Positions 9,126-18,794 of a DNA stretch of 64,000 bases are shown here, one piece after another. A program made the position numbers and the translations under genes. Origin of the DNA: a bacterium (GTDB lineage: Bacteria > Patescibacteriota > Minisyncoccia > 1-14-0-10-42-19); NCBI GenBank assembly GCA_030690215.1, contig JAUYHD010000029.1:14568-78567 (forward strand), in the 5' to 3' direction. The notes beneath the pieces are model-generated. The model worked only from the letters and a program-made list of their open reading frames with translations, was not told where the DNA came from and searched no databases. Numbering within the stretch: the stretch's first letter is position 1; every line of letters begins with the position of its first letter.

Positions 9126-9779
9126 TTATACCCTGAAAACGATAAGCTTATACCCGACAAAGTTCCACACAAGACCAGCGGCAGAACCCGCAACAGCGCC
9201 AATATTCGCCCACCCGTTTGCATCAATGCCGAATTGCGGCCCGATTATATTTACCACAAGAGTCGCGGCTCCCACATTTATTAAAAGGCCTATGATACTG
9301 ACAACAAAAAATTGGATGTATTCTTTGGAGACATCTTTTTTGGGAGCATCTGCGATCTCAAGAGATTCCAGATGAGCCGGAGCTTTTTTGCGGAATGTCC
9401 AAAATTTGTTCCAAAAATAACTATTTATATTCGCAATAATGAATGATGCGCCCTTGAATAACGAAAAATAAATGCCCGCGTTTACCCCGATAAAAAAAAT
9501 AAGCGCGTTTAATACCCCGAAATCAACCGCCGCATTTAAAAATCCCGTTACCGCAAATTTACTTGCTTGATAAAAAACACGAATCCACCGTGAAAGAAAC
9601 CCGCCAAGAAAAAGACCGAATGCCATAAGCACTGGGAGCCCGATAAGCAACATAAATTCTTGATATGGGATCGCAACCTCTATATTGCGTAAGACCGGAA
9701 ATAAAAAAATGCCCGTAAGAAACCCGGAGACGAGCGCGAGCAGATAATCTTTTTTAAAAAATCGCTGTTCCATATACAT
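9126..9779 (-). CDS. GtrA-family membrane protein (polyprenyl-phosphate-sugar translocase-like), apparently duplicated domain
   Basis: small polytopic protein with NINSYFWNKFWTFRKK GtrA signature; start overlaps upstream stop. Confidence 0.55.
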   Translation of the reverse strand: MYMEQRFFKKDYLLALVSGFLTGIFLFPVLRNIEVAIPYQEFMLLIGLPVLMAFGLFLGGFLSRWIRVFYQASKFAVTGFLNAAVDFGVLNALIFFIGVNAGIYFSLFKGASFIIANINSYFWNKFWTFRKKAPAHLESLEIADAPKKDVSKEYIQFFVVSIIGLLINVGAATLVVNIIGPQFGIDANGWANIGAVAGSAAGLVWNFVGYKLIVFRV

Positions 9780-10336
9780 TACAATGAATGGCTGCCGGCT
9801 TCTTTTATTCGTTCAATGTCGCCGCGCAACCCTAAAAGATAACGCTTCATGATAAAAAAGACGACGCCCAACACAACAAAAATAATAATAAACGCAAAAA
9901 GGACATAATAATTTAATAGAAGCGTGCCTTCTCCCAGTATAACCGCAACAATGGAAAGAAAATATAACGGAGAAGGAGAAGCAATCTTTTCCATAAACCG
10001 GAGGGGAATACTATGCCTGAAAGATGCGTATACAACAAAAAGGCCGTAGAGTACGAATGCAATTAATACCCAGGACTCAAACGACGAAAAGATGCTCCGT
10101 TTCATATCAAAAAGAAAAAGTACGCGCATGGCAACCAGACTTACCCAGACGAGAGACATCCCGCTCGTTAACGTAGAAGAAAATCCGAATTGTTCACGTT
10201 TATATTCTCCGAAATATAATTCTACGGCAACCCACACAACCAATAATGGCGCAAGCAAAAGCCATATGGAAAGATCCGCCGTAAGCACCCTGCCGATATT
10301 AAGAAAAGCGTCTGCGAGCGGTGTAATAAATGCCAT
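9779..10336 (-). CDS. hypothetical polytopic membrane protein
   Basis: 4-5 predicted TM helices; translationally coupled to upstream ATPase (stop/start 10336/10338). Confidence 0.45.
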   Translation of the reverse strand: MAFITPLADAFLNIGRVLTADLSIWLLLAPLLVVWVAVELYFGEYKREQFGFSSTLTSGMSLVWVSLVAMRVLFLFDMKRSIFSSFESWVLIAFVLYGLFVVYASFRHSIPLRFMEKIASPSPLYFLSIVAVILGEGTLLLNYYVLFAFIIIFVVLGVVFFIMKRYLLGLRGDIERIKEAGSHSL

Positions 10337-10337
10337 A

Positions 10338-12764
10338 TTATTGGTATCGTCTCGTAATTTCTTCTTCTATTTCTTTTTTGGGACGGCCGTATTTTTGCGA
10401 TGACAACTCTTTAATTGCTTCTGCGGCAACCTCGTTGCTTTCTTTTGGAGGAAGTGTCCTAAGGTTAAATGGTTTTACCGCTTGGCCATCTATAAGCATT
10501 TTAATATACGCCTGAAAATTCTCTATGTTTGTCAAATCATGCGCAGAGAATATCGGCTCAAATTGCTTCTCTACGATTTCCGCATCCTCGCGTCCGATAC
10601 GAAACGAAACTATAGTTCCTACATTTCCAAATACGGATTTTCGGATTTCATCAGACAATTGCCCGATAAACTGATGCGCCATGATAAGATTTAATTTATA
10701 TTTACGCGCTTCAGAAAGAATGGTTGCGATAGAGGGCGTTGTGATGCTCTGAAATTCATCAAGATACAAAAAGAAGTCGCGGCGCTTTTCCTGGCTTGCT
10801 TCACTCGCGCGGGAGAACGCAGCCATAAGAATCTTCCCGACAATCACTAATCCCAAAAGCGCGGAATTCGTCTCCCCCACCCTCCCCTTAGAAAGATTCA
10901 CAAGAAGTATCTTGCCGTTATCCATTACATCCCGCATCTGAAAAGCAGATTGTTGTTGCGCGATAATAGGACGCACGATATCGTTTGAAAGGAATGTGTC
11001 AAATTTAGATGTAATATACGGAATCATGTTTTGGAGCGCGTGCTCTCCTCCTGTTTTCTCCGCGATGTCTTTCCAAAATACATTCACTAAAGGATTTTTT
11101 GAACGGGAAAGTTTATATTCACGAAATGCTTTATCCGAAAGCACGCGGATAATTTCTAAAAGCGTGTTGCCGGATGCGGGGTCTTCTAATACTAAATGCG
11201 TTGCATTCCTAAAATACTGTTCAAACATTGGTCCGCCGGCAAGCTCCATGTTATACAACTTATTGAAAATGGCGAGCAACTCATCAACAACAAACGTTTT
11301 TTGTTCGGGATAGCGCTCATCATATTCAAGAAAATTAAGCCCCATAGGCATCGCGGTATCTCCCGGGTCAAAATAGATAACGTCTCCGACGCGCTTTTCA
11401 GGAATTTGCCCCAATATATCGCTTACCATATCGCCATGCGGATCTATCACGCAAAGACCCTGCCCCGCCTCAATGTCCTGACGGATCATGTGCTTCATGA
11501 ATTCTGATTTTCCGGTTCCGGTTTGTCCAATGATATATGCATGGCGCCTCCGGTCGTCAAGCTTCATACGCACATCGCGACTTTCTCCGCGAAATGTATT
11601 CACCCCCAACCGAATCCCCTCCGTGGGAACATTCGCGGGCGCTGGAGCATCCTTTGACTTGAGCGTTTTTAATTTTGGGGCAGAGACAACACCGTACGGA
11701 AAATGAAAAATAGTCGTAAGCTCACGCGCATTCAAATATACTCCGTGCGCCCCCGAAAATATACGAAATGAGAATCGGTAAAAAAAATCTTGCGCATGCG
11801 ATTTTTTAATGTCTCGCGCAACAAATTGGTTTCCCTGCGGCTCTGAAAATTGTAAAAACGCCGAGGAAAGCTCTTGTATAATGCCTTCGGCTTCTTCTTC
11901 CGTGGGGGCTGACGCAATAAGACGAATGTTTACCTTAAAAATCGGGGAATTCAACTTCTCATTCACCAACTTTATCACTTCTTCATTCACGCGATGTTTT
12001 TGTTCTTCTTTTTTTTGCTTTGCGGCTGGAGACGGCCCGGAAAATGTATGCATTGTTTTTGAAAATTCGTCCATCCATCCTTTTGTAGCACTCGCAGAGA
12101 GCGAATTGCCGCCAAGAAGCATTTCGCGCGCCCGTTTAATTTTTTCTGTTGCACGCGATTCTGCGGTCTCAACAATAATCTGAAGAGCTGCTCCTTCCCC
12201 CTTTTTCTTTAATTTGGAAAACGCATTCGCGATGACCTCCAGCGGGTCTGCTTCTAATTTATCGTAGGTGCGGATGGGAAGCGCAAAATTTCGCGCCGTC
12301 GTGATAATCGCGCCCTTGCTTGCGCCCTCCGCATTAAAAATATTGTAATCATGTTCGGAGACTTCTAATCGTGCATGCGGGAATAGACTTTCCAACTGCT
12401 TTTCAAAAATACGGCTATGCTGTTTTTGTACGCCGACATAAAATGTTATTTCTTCCCCCACATCGGGTAATGCAAGTTCCAATACATAAAAATTTTTTTC
12501 TGTGCCCCACGCTGTTTTTGTTTCGCTTATCGCGCTCATCCCGCTATAAAATTGTTCCATGATGGAAATAAAATTTTTAAATCCGCCCTCGCCAATCGGA
12601 GATTCTTCTTCTGAAAATGTCACTTCATACAGAATAAATTGGAGAGAACGCTCAAATTGTTTGCGCGTACGCCTATGATTTACAAAAAACAATACGGCCG
12701 CAAAAACAATAAGGCCTGCGATACTGTATGGAATATATGCGGTAAAACCGTATATGAGCGCCAT
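10338..12764 (-). CDS. VirD4/TraG/TrwB-like coupling-protein ATPase (FtsK-HerA superfamily) with novel ~360 aa N-terminal domain
   Basis: one N-terminal TM; Walker A IGQTGTGKS, Walker B FFLYLDEFQ, C-terminal AHQxxxQL...GN...F motif typical of T4SS coupling proteins. Confidence 0.65.
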   Translation of the reverse strand: MALIYGFTAYIPYSIAGLIVFAAVLFFVNHRRTRKQFERSLQFILYEVTFSEEESPIGEGGFKNFISIMEQFYSGMSAISETKTAWGTEKNFYVLELALPDVGEEITFYVGVQKQHSRIFEKQLESLFPHARLEVSEHDYNIFNAEGASKGAIITTARNFALPIRTYDKLEADPLEVIANAFSKLKKKGEGAALQIIVETAESRATEKIKRAREMLLGGNSLSASATKGWMDEFSKTMHTFSGPSPAAKQKKEEQKHRVNEEVIKLVNEKLNSPIFKVNIRLIASAPTEEEAEGIIQELSSAFLQFSEPQGNQFVARDIKKSHAQDFFYRFSFRIFSGAHGVYLNARELTTIFHFPYGVVSAPKLKTLKSKDAPAPANVPTEGIRLGVNTFRGESRDVRMKLDDRRRHAYIIGQTGTGKSEFMKHMIRQDIEAGQGLCVIDPHGDMVSDILGQIPEKRVGDVIYFDPGDTAMPMGLNFLEYDERYPEQKTFVVDELLAIFNKLYNMELAGGPMFEQYFRNATHLVLEDPASGNTLLEIIRVLSDKAFREYKLSRSKNPLVNVFWKDIAEKTGGEHALQNMIPYITSKFDTFLSNDIVRPIIAQQQSAFQMRDVMDNGKILLVNLSKGRVGETNSALLGLVIVGKILMAAFSRASEASQEKRRDFFLYLDEFQSITTPSIATILSEARKYKLNLIMAHQFIGQLSDEIRKSVFGNVGTIVSFRIGREDAEIVEKQFEPIFSAHDLTNIENFQAYIKMLIDGQAVKPFNLRTLPPKESNEVAAEAIKELSSQKYGRPKKEIEEEITRRYQ

Positions 12765-12769
12765 GTGAA

Positions 12770-13165
12770 TTATGACGAAGATGCTGAATTATCGTGGGAC
12801 AATAATGTTTCTATAAGATAATCATGAAAATCATCAAGGAGATGGGGGTTAGCAAGACCCCGAGCAACTTTGAGGGCGGACAGTATTCCTTTTTCCTCCG
12901 CGATTGCCATAAGCTCGCCTATTTGTTCGTGATGCTCTTCTTCCTTGATTGCCTTTGTTTTCTTATGCGTGTCATCGTCAGTCAGCGCATACGCCCCCAG
13001 AGGCTTTGGCGCTTTTTCAATGGCTTCGTATAATATTTCTTTTGCCGCTTCCTTACGCGGTGTCGGTTCTCTTCCTTCGCTCTTTGTTTTTGTCTCAAGT
13101 TGGTCCCGGAGCCACGCGATTTCTTCTTGCGGAGAAGAAAACGGCTGTTCTGGTGAAGTGTTCAT
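12770..13165 (-). CDS. hypothetical acidic protein, first gene of the ATPase operon
   Basis: 131 aa, highly charged, no recognisable motif. Confidence 0.4.
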   Translation of the reverse strand: MNTSPEQPFSSPQEEIAWLRDQLETKTKSEGREPTPRKEAAKEILYEAIEKAPKPLGAYALTDDDTHKKTKAIKEEEHHEQIGELMAIAEEKGILSALKVARGLANPHLLDDFHDYLIETLLSHDNSASSS

Positions 13166-13187
13166 ATTTCTATATTATAATAGAACT

Positions 13188-14828
13188 ATGCGAAAAATAC
13201 ATATTGTATTGCTTCTCCTCATCCTCGGGATTGCCGTTTTCCTGCGCGTATTCAATCTCCAAGACATACCGCCCGGCGTCTATCCGGATGTCGCGATGAA
13301 CGGCAACAACGCGCTCTACACGCTTGATACGGGAACTCCGGAGGTATTTTATCCCGAAAACAACGGCAGAGAGGGTCTTTTTATCGTTCTATTGGCGTGG
13401 CTCATGTCCATATTCGGCCAAGATATATGGGTACTGCGGTTGCCGTCCGCATTATTCGGAATTTTGACCGTGTTTGGGACATATCTTCTTACCAAGGAGC
13501 TTTTCCGCGAAACCCATAAGGACAAAGCTGAGGTTATAGCGCTACTTGCGGCTTTTTTTATAGCAACATCATTCTGGCATATTAATTTTTCACGAATAGG
13601 ATTTCGGGCGATTATGGCTCCGTTCTTCCTCACATTCGGATTTTATTTTCTTTGGCTGACGCTTCGGAAAGATATTTCCGCTACCAAAAGAATTCTTGCC
13701 GCAACGTTGGGCGGGGTTTTCTTTGGGGGAGGATTTTATTCTTATATTGCATACCGAGTAATGCCCCTTTTGCTTATTATACCGGCCGTACGCATGTGGC
13801 AGATACAGGGATTTAAAAATATAGGTAAAAAAGGATGTATATGGTGTTCCTTTGCGCTTTTCCTCTTTTTCTCATTCGTTGCGGTGGTGCCGCTTGGAAT
13901 GTATTTCTTAGAACATCCGGCTGATTTTTTGGGACGCACCGCGCAAATTTCTGTCTTTGATACCCCATCCCCCCTCAAAACCCTCACAACAAATACGATC
14001 CAGACGCTCGGAATGTTCTGGTTTTCGGGAGATACAAATTGGCGACATAACTTTTCGGGAGCGCCTCAACTTTGGTTTCCTGTCGGAATATTATTCGCGC
14101 TCGGCATCCTAGTGCACGTCTCATCTCTCCGCAAAAAAAAATATTGGCATACATCGCTCTTCCTTTTGGGGTGGATTGCGCTTGGATTGCTGCCGGTCAT
14201 TTTTTCAAACGAGGGGATCCCGCATGCGCTTCGCGCGCTTCTTGTAATCCCGCCTGTCATGATTCTTGCCGCGCATGCATTCTCGTCAATTATCCATGGG
14301 ACGGCGGACTGGCTTGCCACAAAAGAACACTACGCCCCGCAATCAAAAAAACAGCTTAAAAGAATCCAAAAAGAACTACTCGTACTGCTTTTTGTCTTTC
14401 TTGTTGCGGGAGCATCACAAGCATATAACCAATATTTTATCCGTTGGGCATACCACCCCGAAACATACAATGCCTCAAGCGGTAATTATACGGGGCTCGG
14501 CATCTGGCTTGCGCAACAACCGAATGAGATAAAAAAATACATTATTATCAATGCCGGTGGAACGCCCGTACACATTCCCGGAAGCACAGAATCCATTCCT
14601 ATGCCCTCCCAAACGATTATGTTCCTCACTGACAGCTGGAGCGCCGATAAACAAAAAGAGAAAAATATTGTATATCTTCTCCCCGAAAAAATAGAATTGC
14701 TTACCTGCAGCGATCACTGCATTGTCGCAATGCTTGAACGCGATGAAATGCTTCGCTTTCGTATCCGCGAACATATCCCTGAACTTCATCTGTCCCCGGA
14801 GACCGGCTACCTTATTCTCCAAAAATAA
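13188..14828 (+). CDS. GT-C fold glycosyltransferase (ArnT/PMT family, GT39/83-like)
   Basis: MRKIHIVLLLLILGIAVFLRVFNLQDIPPGVYPDVAMNGNNA N-terminus and polytopic topology typical of ArnT/PMT; ORF track start 12945 likely an upstream extension. Confidence 0.75.
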   Translation: MRKIHIVLLLLILGIAVFLRVFNLQDIPPGVYPDVAMNGNNALYTLDTGTPEVFYPENNGREGLFIVLLAWLMSIFGQDIWVLRLPSALFGILTVFGTYLLTKELFRETHKDKAEVIALLAAFFIATSFWHINFSRIGFRAIMAPFFLTFGFYFLWLTLRKDISATKRILAATLGGVFFGGGFYSYIAYRVMPLLLIIPAVRMWQIQGFKNIGKKGCIWCSFALFLFFSFVAVVPLGMYFLEHPADFLGRTAQISVFDTPSPLKTLTTNTIQTLGMFWFSGDTNWRHNFSGAPQLWFPVGILFALGILVHVSSLRKKKYWHTSLFLLGWIALGLLPVIFSNEGIPHALRALLVIPPVMILAAHAFSSIIHGTADWLATKEHYAPQSKKQLKRIQKELLVLLFVFLVAGASQAYNQYFIRWAYHPETYNASSGNYTGLGIWLAQQPNEIKKYIIINAGGTPVHIPGSTESIPMPSQTIMFLTDSWSADKQKEKNIVYLLPEKIELLTCSDHCIVAMLERDEMLRFRIREHIPELHLSPETGYLILQK

Positions 14829-14830
14829 AT

Positions 14831-16681
14831 ATGGTACATAAACGCCCCGCAAACACTATAGCTCTTATCTTGCTTGCGCTATTCTTCGTTCTCATGCTTT
14901 TTTCGGCACTTCCGGAATCGGCAATCATGGACGAACTCGCCCACATCCCTGCATCCTACTCGTATGTAGCGAAACAGGATTATCGTCTCAACCCCGAACA
15001 TCCTCCGCTTGCAAAAGATCTTGCGGGCATCCCGCTTCTTTTTCTCAACCTTAATTTTCCAATCGATGTCTCCGCGTGGACTACCGATATAAACGGACAA
15101 TGGACAATGGGGTCTATCTTTTTATATGAGGCAGAAAATAATCCTGACTCTATTCTTTTTTGGGCGCGTTTCCCGCTCATGCTTTTAGCGCTTCTTTTCG
15201 GGTGGCTTTTGTATCGCTGGGCATCAGGCGCGTATGGGGGAAAGGTCGGGCTTCTTTCGTTATTCTTTTTTACGACATCGCCAACTATTATCGCGCATGC
15301 GCGCTATGTGACAACCGATCTTGCGGCGGCCTTTGCGTTCTTTATAGGGCTCGCCTCTTTTTTTACCTATCTTCTCTCTCCCTCCAAAAAAACGCTTGCT
15401 CTTGCGGGTATCGCATTCGGTATTGCGCAACTTCTTAAATTTTCGCTTATTCTTCTCATACCCATATATGTTGTCTTGGGAACACTATGGGTGTTCTTGT
15501 TCCATCTTGATCATATGCGCGCATTGCCCTCCTTCTCAAAACGACTTTTTCATTTTCTACACCACGAAATAAAACTCATTGGCAATCTTGTTCTCATTGG
15601 TCTCATCGGCGTAATCATCATATATGCTGTATACGCATTCCATGTTTGGAATTATCCCGAAGACATGCAAATTCGAGACATGACATATAACTTAGAAACC
15701 GTGCGCTTCCAGCCTATCGCGGAGACCCTCATCACTCTCTCCGACTTCCCCGTGCTTCGCCCGCTTACGCAATACGCGCACGGTCTTTTAATGGTTATTA
15801 ACCGAGGCACACACGGAAACACTACATACTTTTTAGGAGAGGTTACCAATAACGGGTGGTTCCATTATTTCCCAACAGCATATCTTCTTAAAGAACAGCT
15901 TGCTCTACACATACTTACGCTTTTAGCCATCATTCTTTTTCTTACAGCAATCGTCAGAAGTCATGAAAAAACAATCTTCTCTCTTCTTGAGTGGATGCGG
16001 GACAATTTCGTGATCACCGGCAGCATATTTTTTATTGTTGTATATTGGGCTAGCTCTGTCGCAAGCCCGCTTAACATAGGGGTGCGCCATGTTTTACCTA
16101 CATTCCCGTTTATTTTTCTCATCATATCCCGTGAAATTATCCGCTGGACGCATCACGTCACGTTTACCGATCCCCGAACGCTTAAAGAATGGCTCATCTC
16201 TCTCTACGAACTTGCGATAAAGCGCATCCCTAAATTCATTTTTATTGCAGCCACACTTGTCTGGATGGGGATTACGACACTTCTTGCGTTCCCCCATTAT
16301 CTTCCTTACTACAATGTACTTGGCGGCGGGACAGAGCATGGTTATCAATATATTACCGATTCAAATTATGATTGGGGGCAAGATTTAAAACGCCTCAAAA
16401 CATTTGTTGACGAAAATAGTATTGAGCATATCCGGCTTAATTACTTCGGCGGCGGATCGCCCCGCTATTATTTGGGGAATACATACGAAGAATGGTATTC
16501 GGCGAAAGGAGAGCCTGAAGAAGGATGGTTTGCGGTATCCGCAACGCTCCGGCAAGGATCGTGGGGAACGCCCATCCGCGGATGGGAAACAAAACCCGAA
16601 GACAGCTATAGCTGGCTTCGCGATAAAGAACCGGTCGCGCGTGCGGGGTATTCAATATTTATCTATAATCTTGCCCCGTAG
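14831..16681 (+). CDS. GT-C fold glycosyltransferase (phospholipid carrier-dependent, PMT_2-like)
   Basis: polytopic; ALPESAIMDELAHIPASYSY / HPPLAKDLAGIPL loop motifs typical of GT-C mannosyltransferase-like enzymes. Confidence 0.7.
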   Translation: MVHKRPANTIALILLALFFVLMLFSALPESAIMDELAHIPASYSYVAKQDYRLNPEHPPLAKDLAGIPLLFLNLNFPIDVSAWTTDINGQWTMGSIFLYEAENNPDSILFWARFPLMLLALLFGWLLYRWASGAYGGKVGLLSLFFFTTSPTIIAHARYVTTDLAAAFAFFIGLASFFTYLLSPSKKTLALAGIAFGIAQLLKFSLILLIPIYVVLGTLWVFLFHLDHMRALPSFSKRLFHFLHHEIKLIGNLVLIGLIGVIIIYAVYAFHVWNYPEDMQIRDMTYNLETVRFQPIAETLITLSDFPVLRPLTQYAHGLLMVINRGTHGNTTYFLGEVTNNGWFHYFPTAYLLKEQLALHILTLLAIILFLTAIVRSHEKTIFSLLEWMRDNFVITGSIFFIVVYWASSVASPLNIGVRHVLPTFPFIFLIISREIIRWTHHVTFTDPRTLKEWLISLYELAIKRIPKFIFIAATLVWMGITTLLAFPHYLPYYNVLGGGTEHGYQYITDSNYDWGQDLKRLKTFVDENSIEHIRLNYFGGGSPRYYLGNTYEEWYSAKGEPEEGWFAVSATLRQGSWGTPIRGWETKPEDSYSWLRDKEPVARAGYSIFIYNLAP

Positions 16682-16872
16682 AGCAATATCGCATAATAAG
16701 CTATGCGTTCGCCGCTGGAGGTCAAAAACTATCCCATGTTCTTACTTTTTTGCAAATGGTATTTTGTATAAGAGCTTATAAGAACACGCTATGCGATATT
16801 GTCTTACGGGGTTTGACAAAAACTAAGAAAAGACATACCCTATAAAAAGAATGTTCCTAAAAGGAGTCAATA

Positions 16873-17061
16873 ATGAATATATCTGGCTTTTTCCTGGTCG
16901 GGATCCAATGGTTTGCTATTCTACTCACTGCAGCACTAATTTTGTTTGGTGTCGCCATACGTCTTTTCCCGCACCTTCGTTATAAAAAATGGGTGCACAG
17001 CGTCATTGAGTGTATCGGCAATACAGAGATTCCGGAAAAATATAAAACGTACAAAAAGTAA
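16873..17061 (+). CDS. small hydrophobic peptide P1 (62 aa, 1 TM + basic tail)
   Basis: AAGGAG RBS 7 nt upstream of ATG. Confidence 0.4.
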   Translation: MNISGFFLVGIQWFAILLTAALILFGVAIRLFPHLRYKKWVHSVIECIGNTEIPEKYKTYKK

Positions 17062-17107
17062 CGCAGTTCCTATAATGACCAGAAACCAAAAAGGAGGTTC
17101 TTTAACA

Positions 17108-17311
17108 ATGGCGCATATTTTTATATTTTTATCCGGTCTTAGTTTTGGATGCTTTGTTACAGTAATGAAAATTAACTTAATAATTGATTCTTCACTCAAT
17201 GAATTGGGTATGCTACTTTTTGCGGGTGTCGGAGTTATGGCATTACTGTTTGGTATTCAGGGAATTAACAAAGATAAAAGAAACCCTAAGCCCCCAAAAA
17301 CGGAAAAATAA
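17108..17311 (+). CDS. small hydrophobic peptide P2 (67 aa, 2 TM + basic tail)
   Basis: AAAAGGAGGTT RBS; internal start of ORF 16946..17311. Confidence 0.4.
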   Translation: MAHIFIFLSGLSFGCFVTVMKINLIIDSSLNELGMLLFAGVGVMALLFGIQGINKDKRNPKPPKTEK

Positions 17312-17421
17312 GATATAAAATCTGTGCCTATTTTTACTTCTATTCGATATCGTCTAATAGAGTTCGACGAAGAATAAATAAATTACTATGATGTAAAAAA
17401 TAAAAAGGAGGTTTTCCAAAA

Positions 17422-17544
17422 ATGGTAGCATTTCTAGATACATTTATGCCCTGGGTGGCCGTTATTGCCGGCATTATTCTAATTTTTATGTTCAGTCTCC
17501 CTATTCTTGCCAAGCTCTTTCCGAAACTTCTCCGAAGAAGATGA
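17422..17544 (+). CDS. small hydrophobic peptide P3 (40 aa, 1 TM + KLLRRR tail)
   Basis: AAAAGGAGGTT RBS nearly identical to P2's; below ORF-track length cutoff. Confidence 0.35.
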   Translation: MVAFLDTFMPWVAVIAGIILIFMFSLPILAKLFPKLLRRR

Positions 17545-17630
17545 TTCTACTCGCTTTTTAAATCCATCGTTGTCGGCATAGGAAACCGCGAAATCTCAGA
17601 AGAAGAAAAGACGAAAAAATAAGATACAAA

Positions 17631-17660
17631 AACCCCCTAACAACAGGGGTTTTTATTTTT
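17631..17660 (+). terminator. rho-independent terminator after P1-P3
   Basis: aacccccTaacaacaGggggtt + tttttattttt. Confidence 0.7.
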
Positions 17661-17669
17661 CTTTCCCTT

Positions 17670-17699
17670 CTGGATACGCTCAACCTGGATACGCTCAAC
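17670..17699. repeat. 15-bp perfect tandem direct repeat ctggatacgctcaac x2
   Basis: 17670-17684 and 17685-17699. Confidence 0.8.
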
Positions 17700-17716
17700 T
17701 CTTAAATACCCCCAAC

Positions 17717-17756
17717 AAATCAACGAAGAACTACGATCGTTGTTCTTTGTTGATTT
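17717..17756. promoter_or_regulatory. 40-bp near-perfect palindrome (operator-like), core AGAACTACGATCGTTGTTCT
   Basis: 36/40 self-complementary; second copy of core at 18503-18522. Confidence 0.6.
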
Positions 17757-17903
17757 ATGATTCTTCCCGCTCTTACTAAGAATCACACCTCTCTCCCCAA
17801 GGAACGACGGTACAAGGCCGGGGGTTTCATTGCCACAGATAGAAACAAAAATATGGGATACGGTCTTGAAAAACTTGAGACTGAAAGACTTGCTTTTAGT
17901 GTC

Positions 17904-18482
17904 TCATCCAAGCTTAAAATATTTCTTAAGATGAAATTCATTATCAAGCGAATCGGCAATAATAAAACGGGTGTAGGGACGTGCATAAAAAAATTCAATT
18001 ACAAAATCAACTTCATCCTGACATTCAAATGGATGTACAAATACACTTTTTTGATATTCAAAAAATCCGGCTCGTATCAATGCGCGCCGCAAGGCGTCCC
18101 GAATCACACGTGATTTCTCAGGTATATCAAATAACACTATGCGCCACTTCCCATCCCATTTTTCCATGGGAGCAACACGGATGGCATCAATTTTATATCT
18201 GAGCGCTTTTTCTTCCCCCTTTTGCGTAAGCACGAGAGTATATGTTCCGTCTTTATTACGTACCGTTTTGATTAGCCGAGAATTATAAAGACTTTTAATG
18301 GCGCGATGAAGAGCTTTTTGATCAACTTCCTTCCACCAATGAGCAACACCCCTTACAATGTTAAAATATTTTTTTGGGTTATGATTCAAGCCCAACAACG
18401 CTCCTCCTAAAAGCAAAATAAGAACTTTTTGCGAATTTGGCCCAAGATTAAAACCTCGTTTTGTTTTTTTGCGATATTCCAT
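17904..18482 (-). CDS. winged-HTH + Cas2/VapD-fold (PaaX-like architecture) putative transcriptional regulator
   Basis: C-terminal KWRIVLFDIPEKSRVIRDALRRALIRAGFFEYQKSVFV matches Cas2/PaaX_C pattern; N-terminal wHTH-like; ORF track uses GTG at 18500, first ATG at 18482. Confidence 0.5.
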   Translation of the reverse strand: MEYRKKTKRGFNLGPNSQKVLILLLGGALLGLNHNPKKYFNIVRGVAHWWKEVDQKALHRAIKSLYNSRLIKTVRNKDGTYTLVLTQKGEEKALRYKIDAIRVAPMEKWDGKWRIVLFDIPEKSRVIRDALRRALIRAGFFEYQKSVFVHPFECQDEVDFVIEFFYARPYTRFIIADSLDNEFHLKKYFKLG

Positions 18483-18502
18483 AATTAAATAGAAATACAC
18501 GA

Positions 18503-18522
18503 AGAACTACGATCGTTGTTCT
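18503..18522. promoter_or_regulatory. 20-bp palindromic operator AGAACTACGATCGTTGTTCT between regulator start and divergent promoters
   Basis: 18/20 self-complementary; identical to 17727-17746. Confidence 0.6.
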
Positions 18523-18548
18523 ATGTGGATTTTGCTCATTATATCATT

Positions 18549-18557
18549 TTATTGCTA
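18549..18557 (-). promoter_or_regulatory. extended -10 (TGaTATAAT) for the regulator gene
   Basis: reverse complement of ctcattatatca; operator lies between it and the start codon. Confidence 0.45.
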
Positions 18558-18578
18558 TTTAACTGTACGGGGGCGGGG

Positions 18579-18607
18579 TTGACAAAGAATAAATATTTTG
18601 ATATAAT
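18579..18607 (+). promoter_or_regulatory. consensus sigma70-type promoter TTGACA-N17-TGnTATAAT driving P4
   Basis: TTGACA 18579-18584, TG 18599-18600, TATAAT 18602-18607; GAGGAGG RBS 18624-18630. Confidence 0.75.
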
Positions 18608-18638
18608 GTAGAAAACTAACAAAGAGGAGGAGTCTTAA

Positions 18639-18794
18639 ATGCGGCTTGCTTATATGTTTTTTGCGGGTTTGGGCACTGGAACAATAGCTACGCTTTTATT
18701 CGCACCAGAACATGCCTATGGCATCGGGCCCGGTATCATTATTAGCGGGACAGTTGTTCTTTATGTTCTTTATCGGGGTATCACTAGAAAATAA
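18639..18794 (+). CDS. small hydrophobic peptide P4 (51 aa, 2 TM)
   Basis: perfect promoter + strong RBS; below ORF-track cutoff. Confidence 0.45.
   Translation: MRLAYMFFAGLGTGTIATLLFAPEHAYGIGPGIIISGTVVLYVLYRGITRK

Noticed and set aside
17904-18500. Cas2 gene of a CRISPR-Cas locus
   Set aside because: The Cas2-like fold signature is present. But there is no array, cas1 or other cas gene anywhere in the window, and the N-terminal wHTH plus flanking palindromes fit a PaaX-like regulator better.
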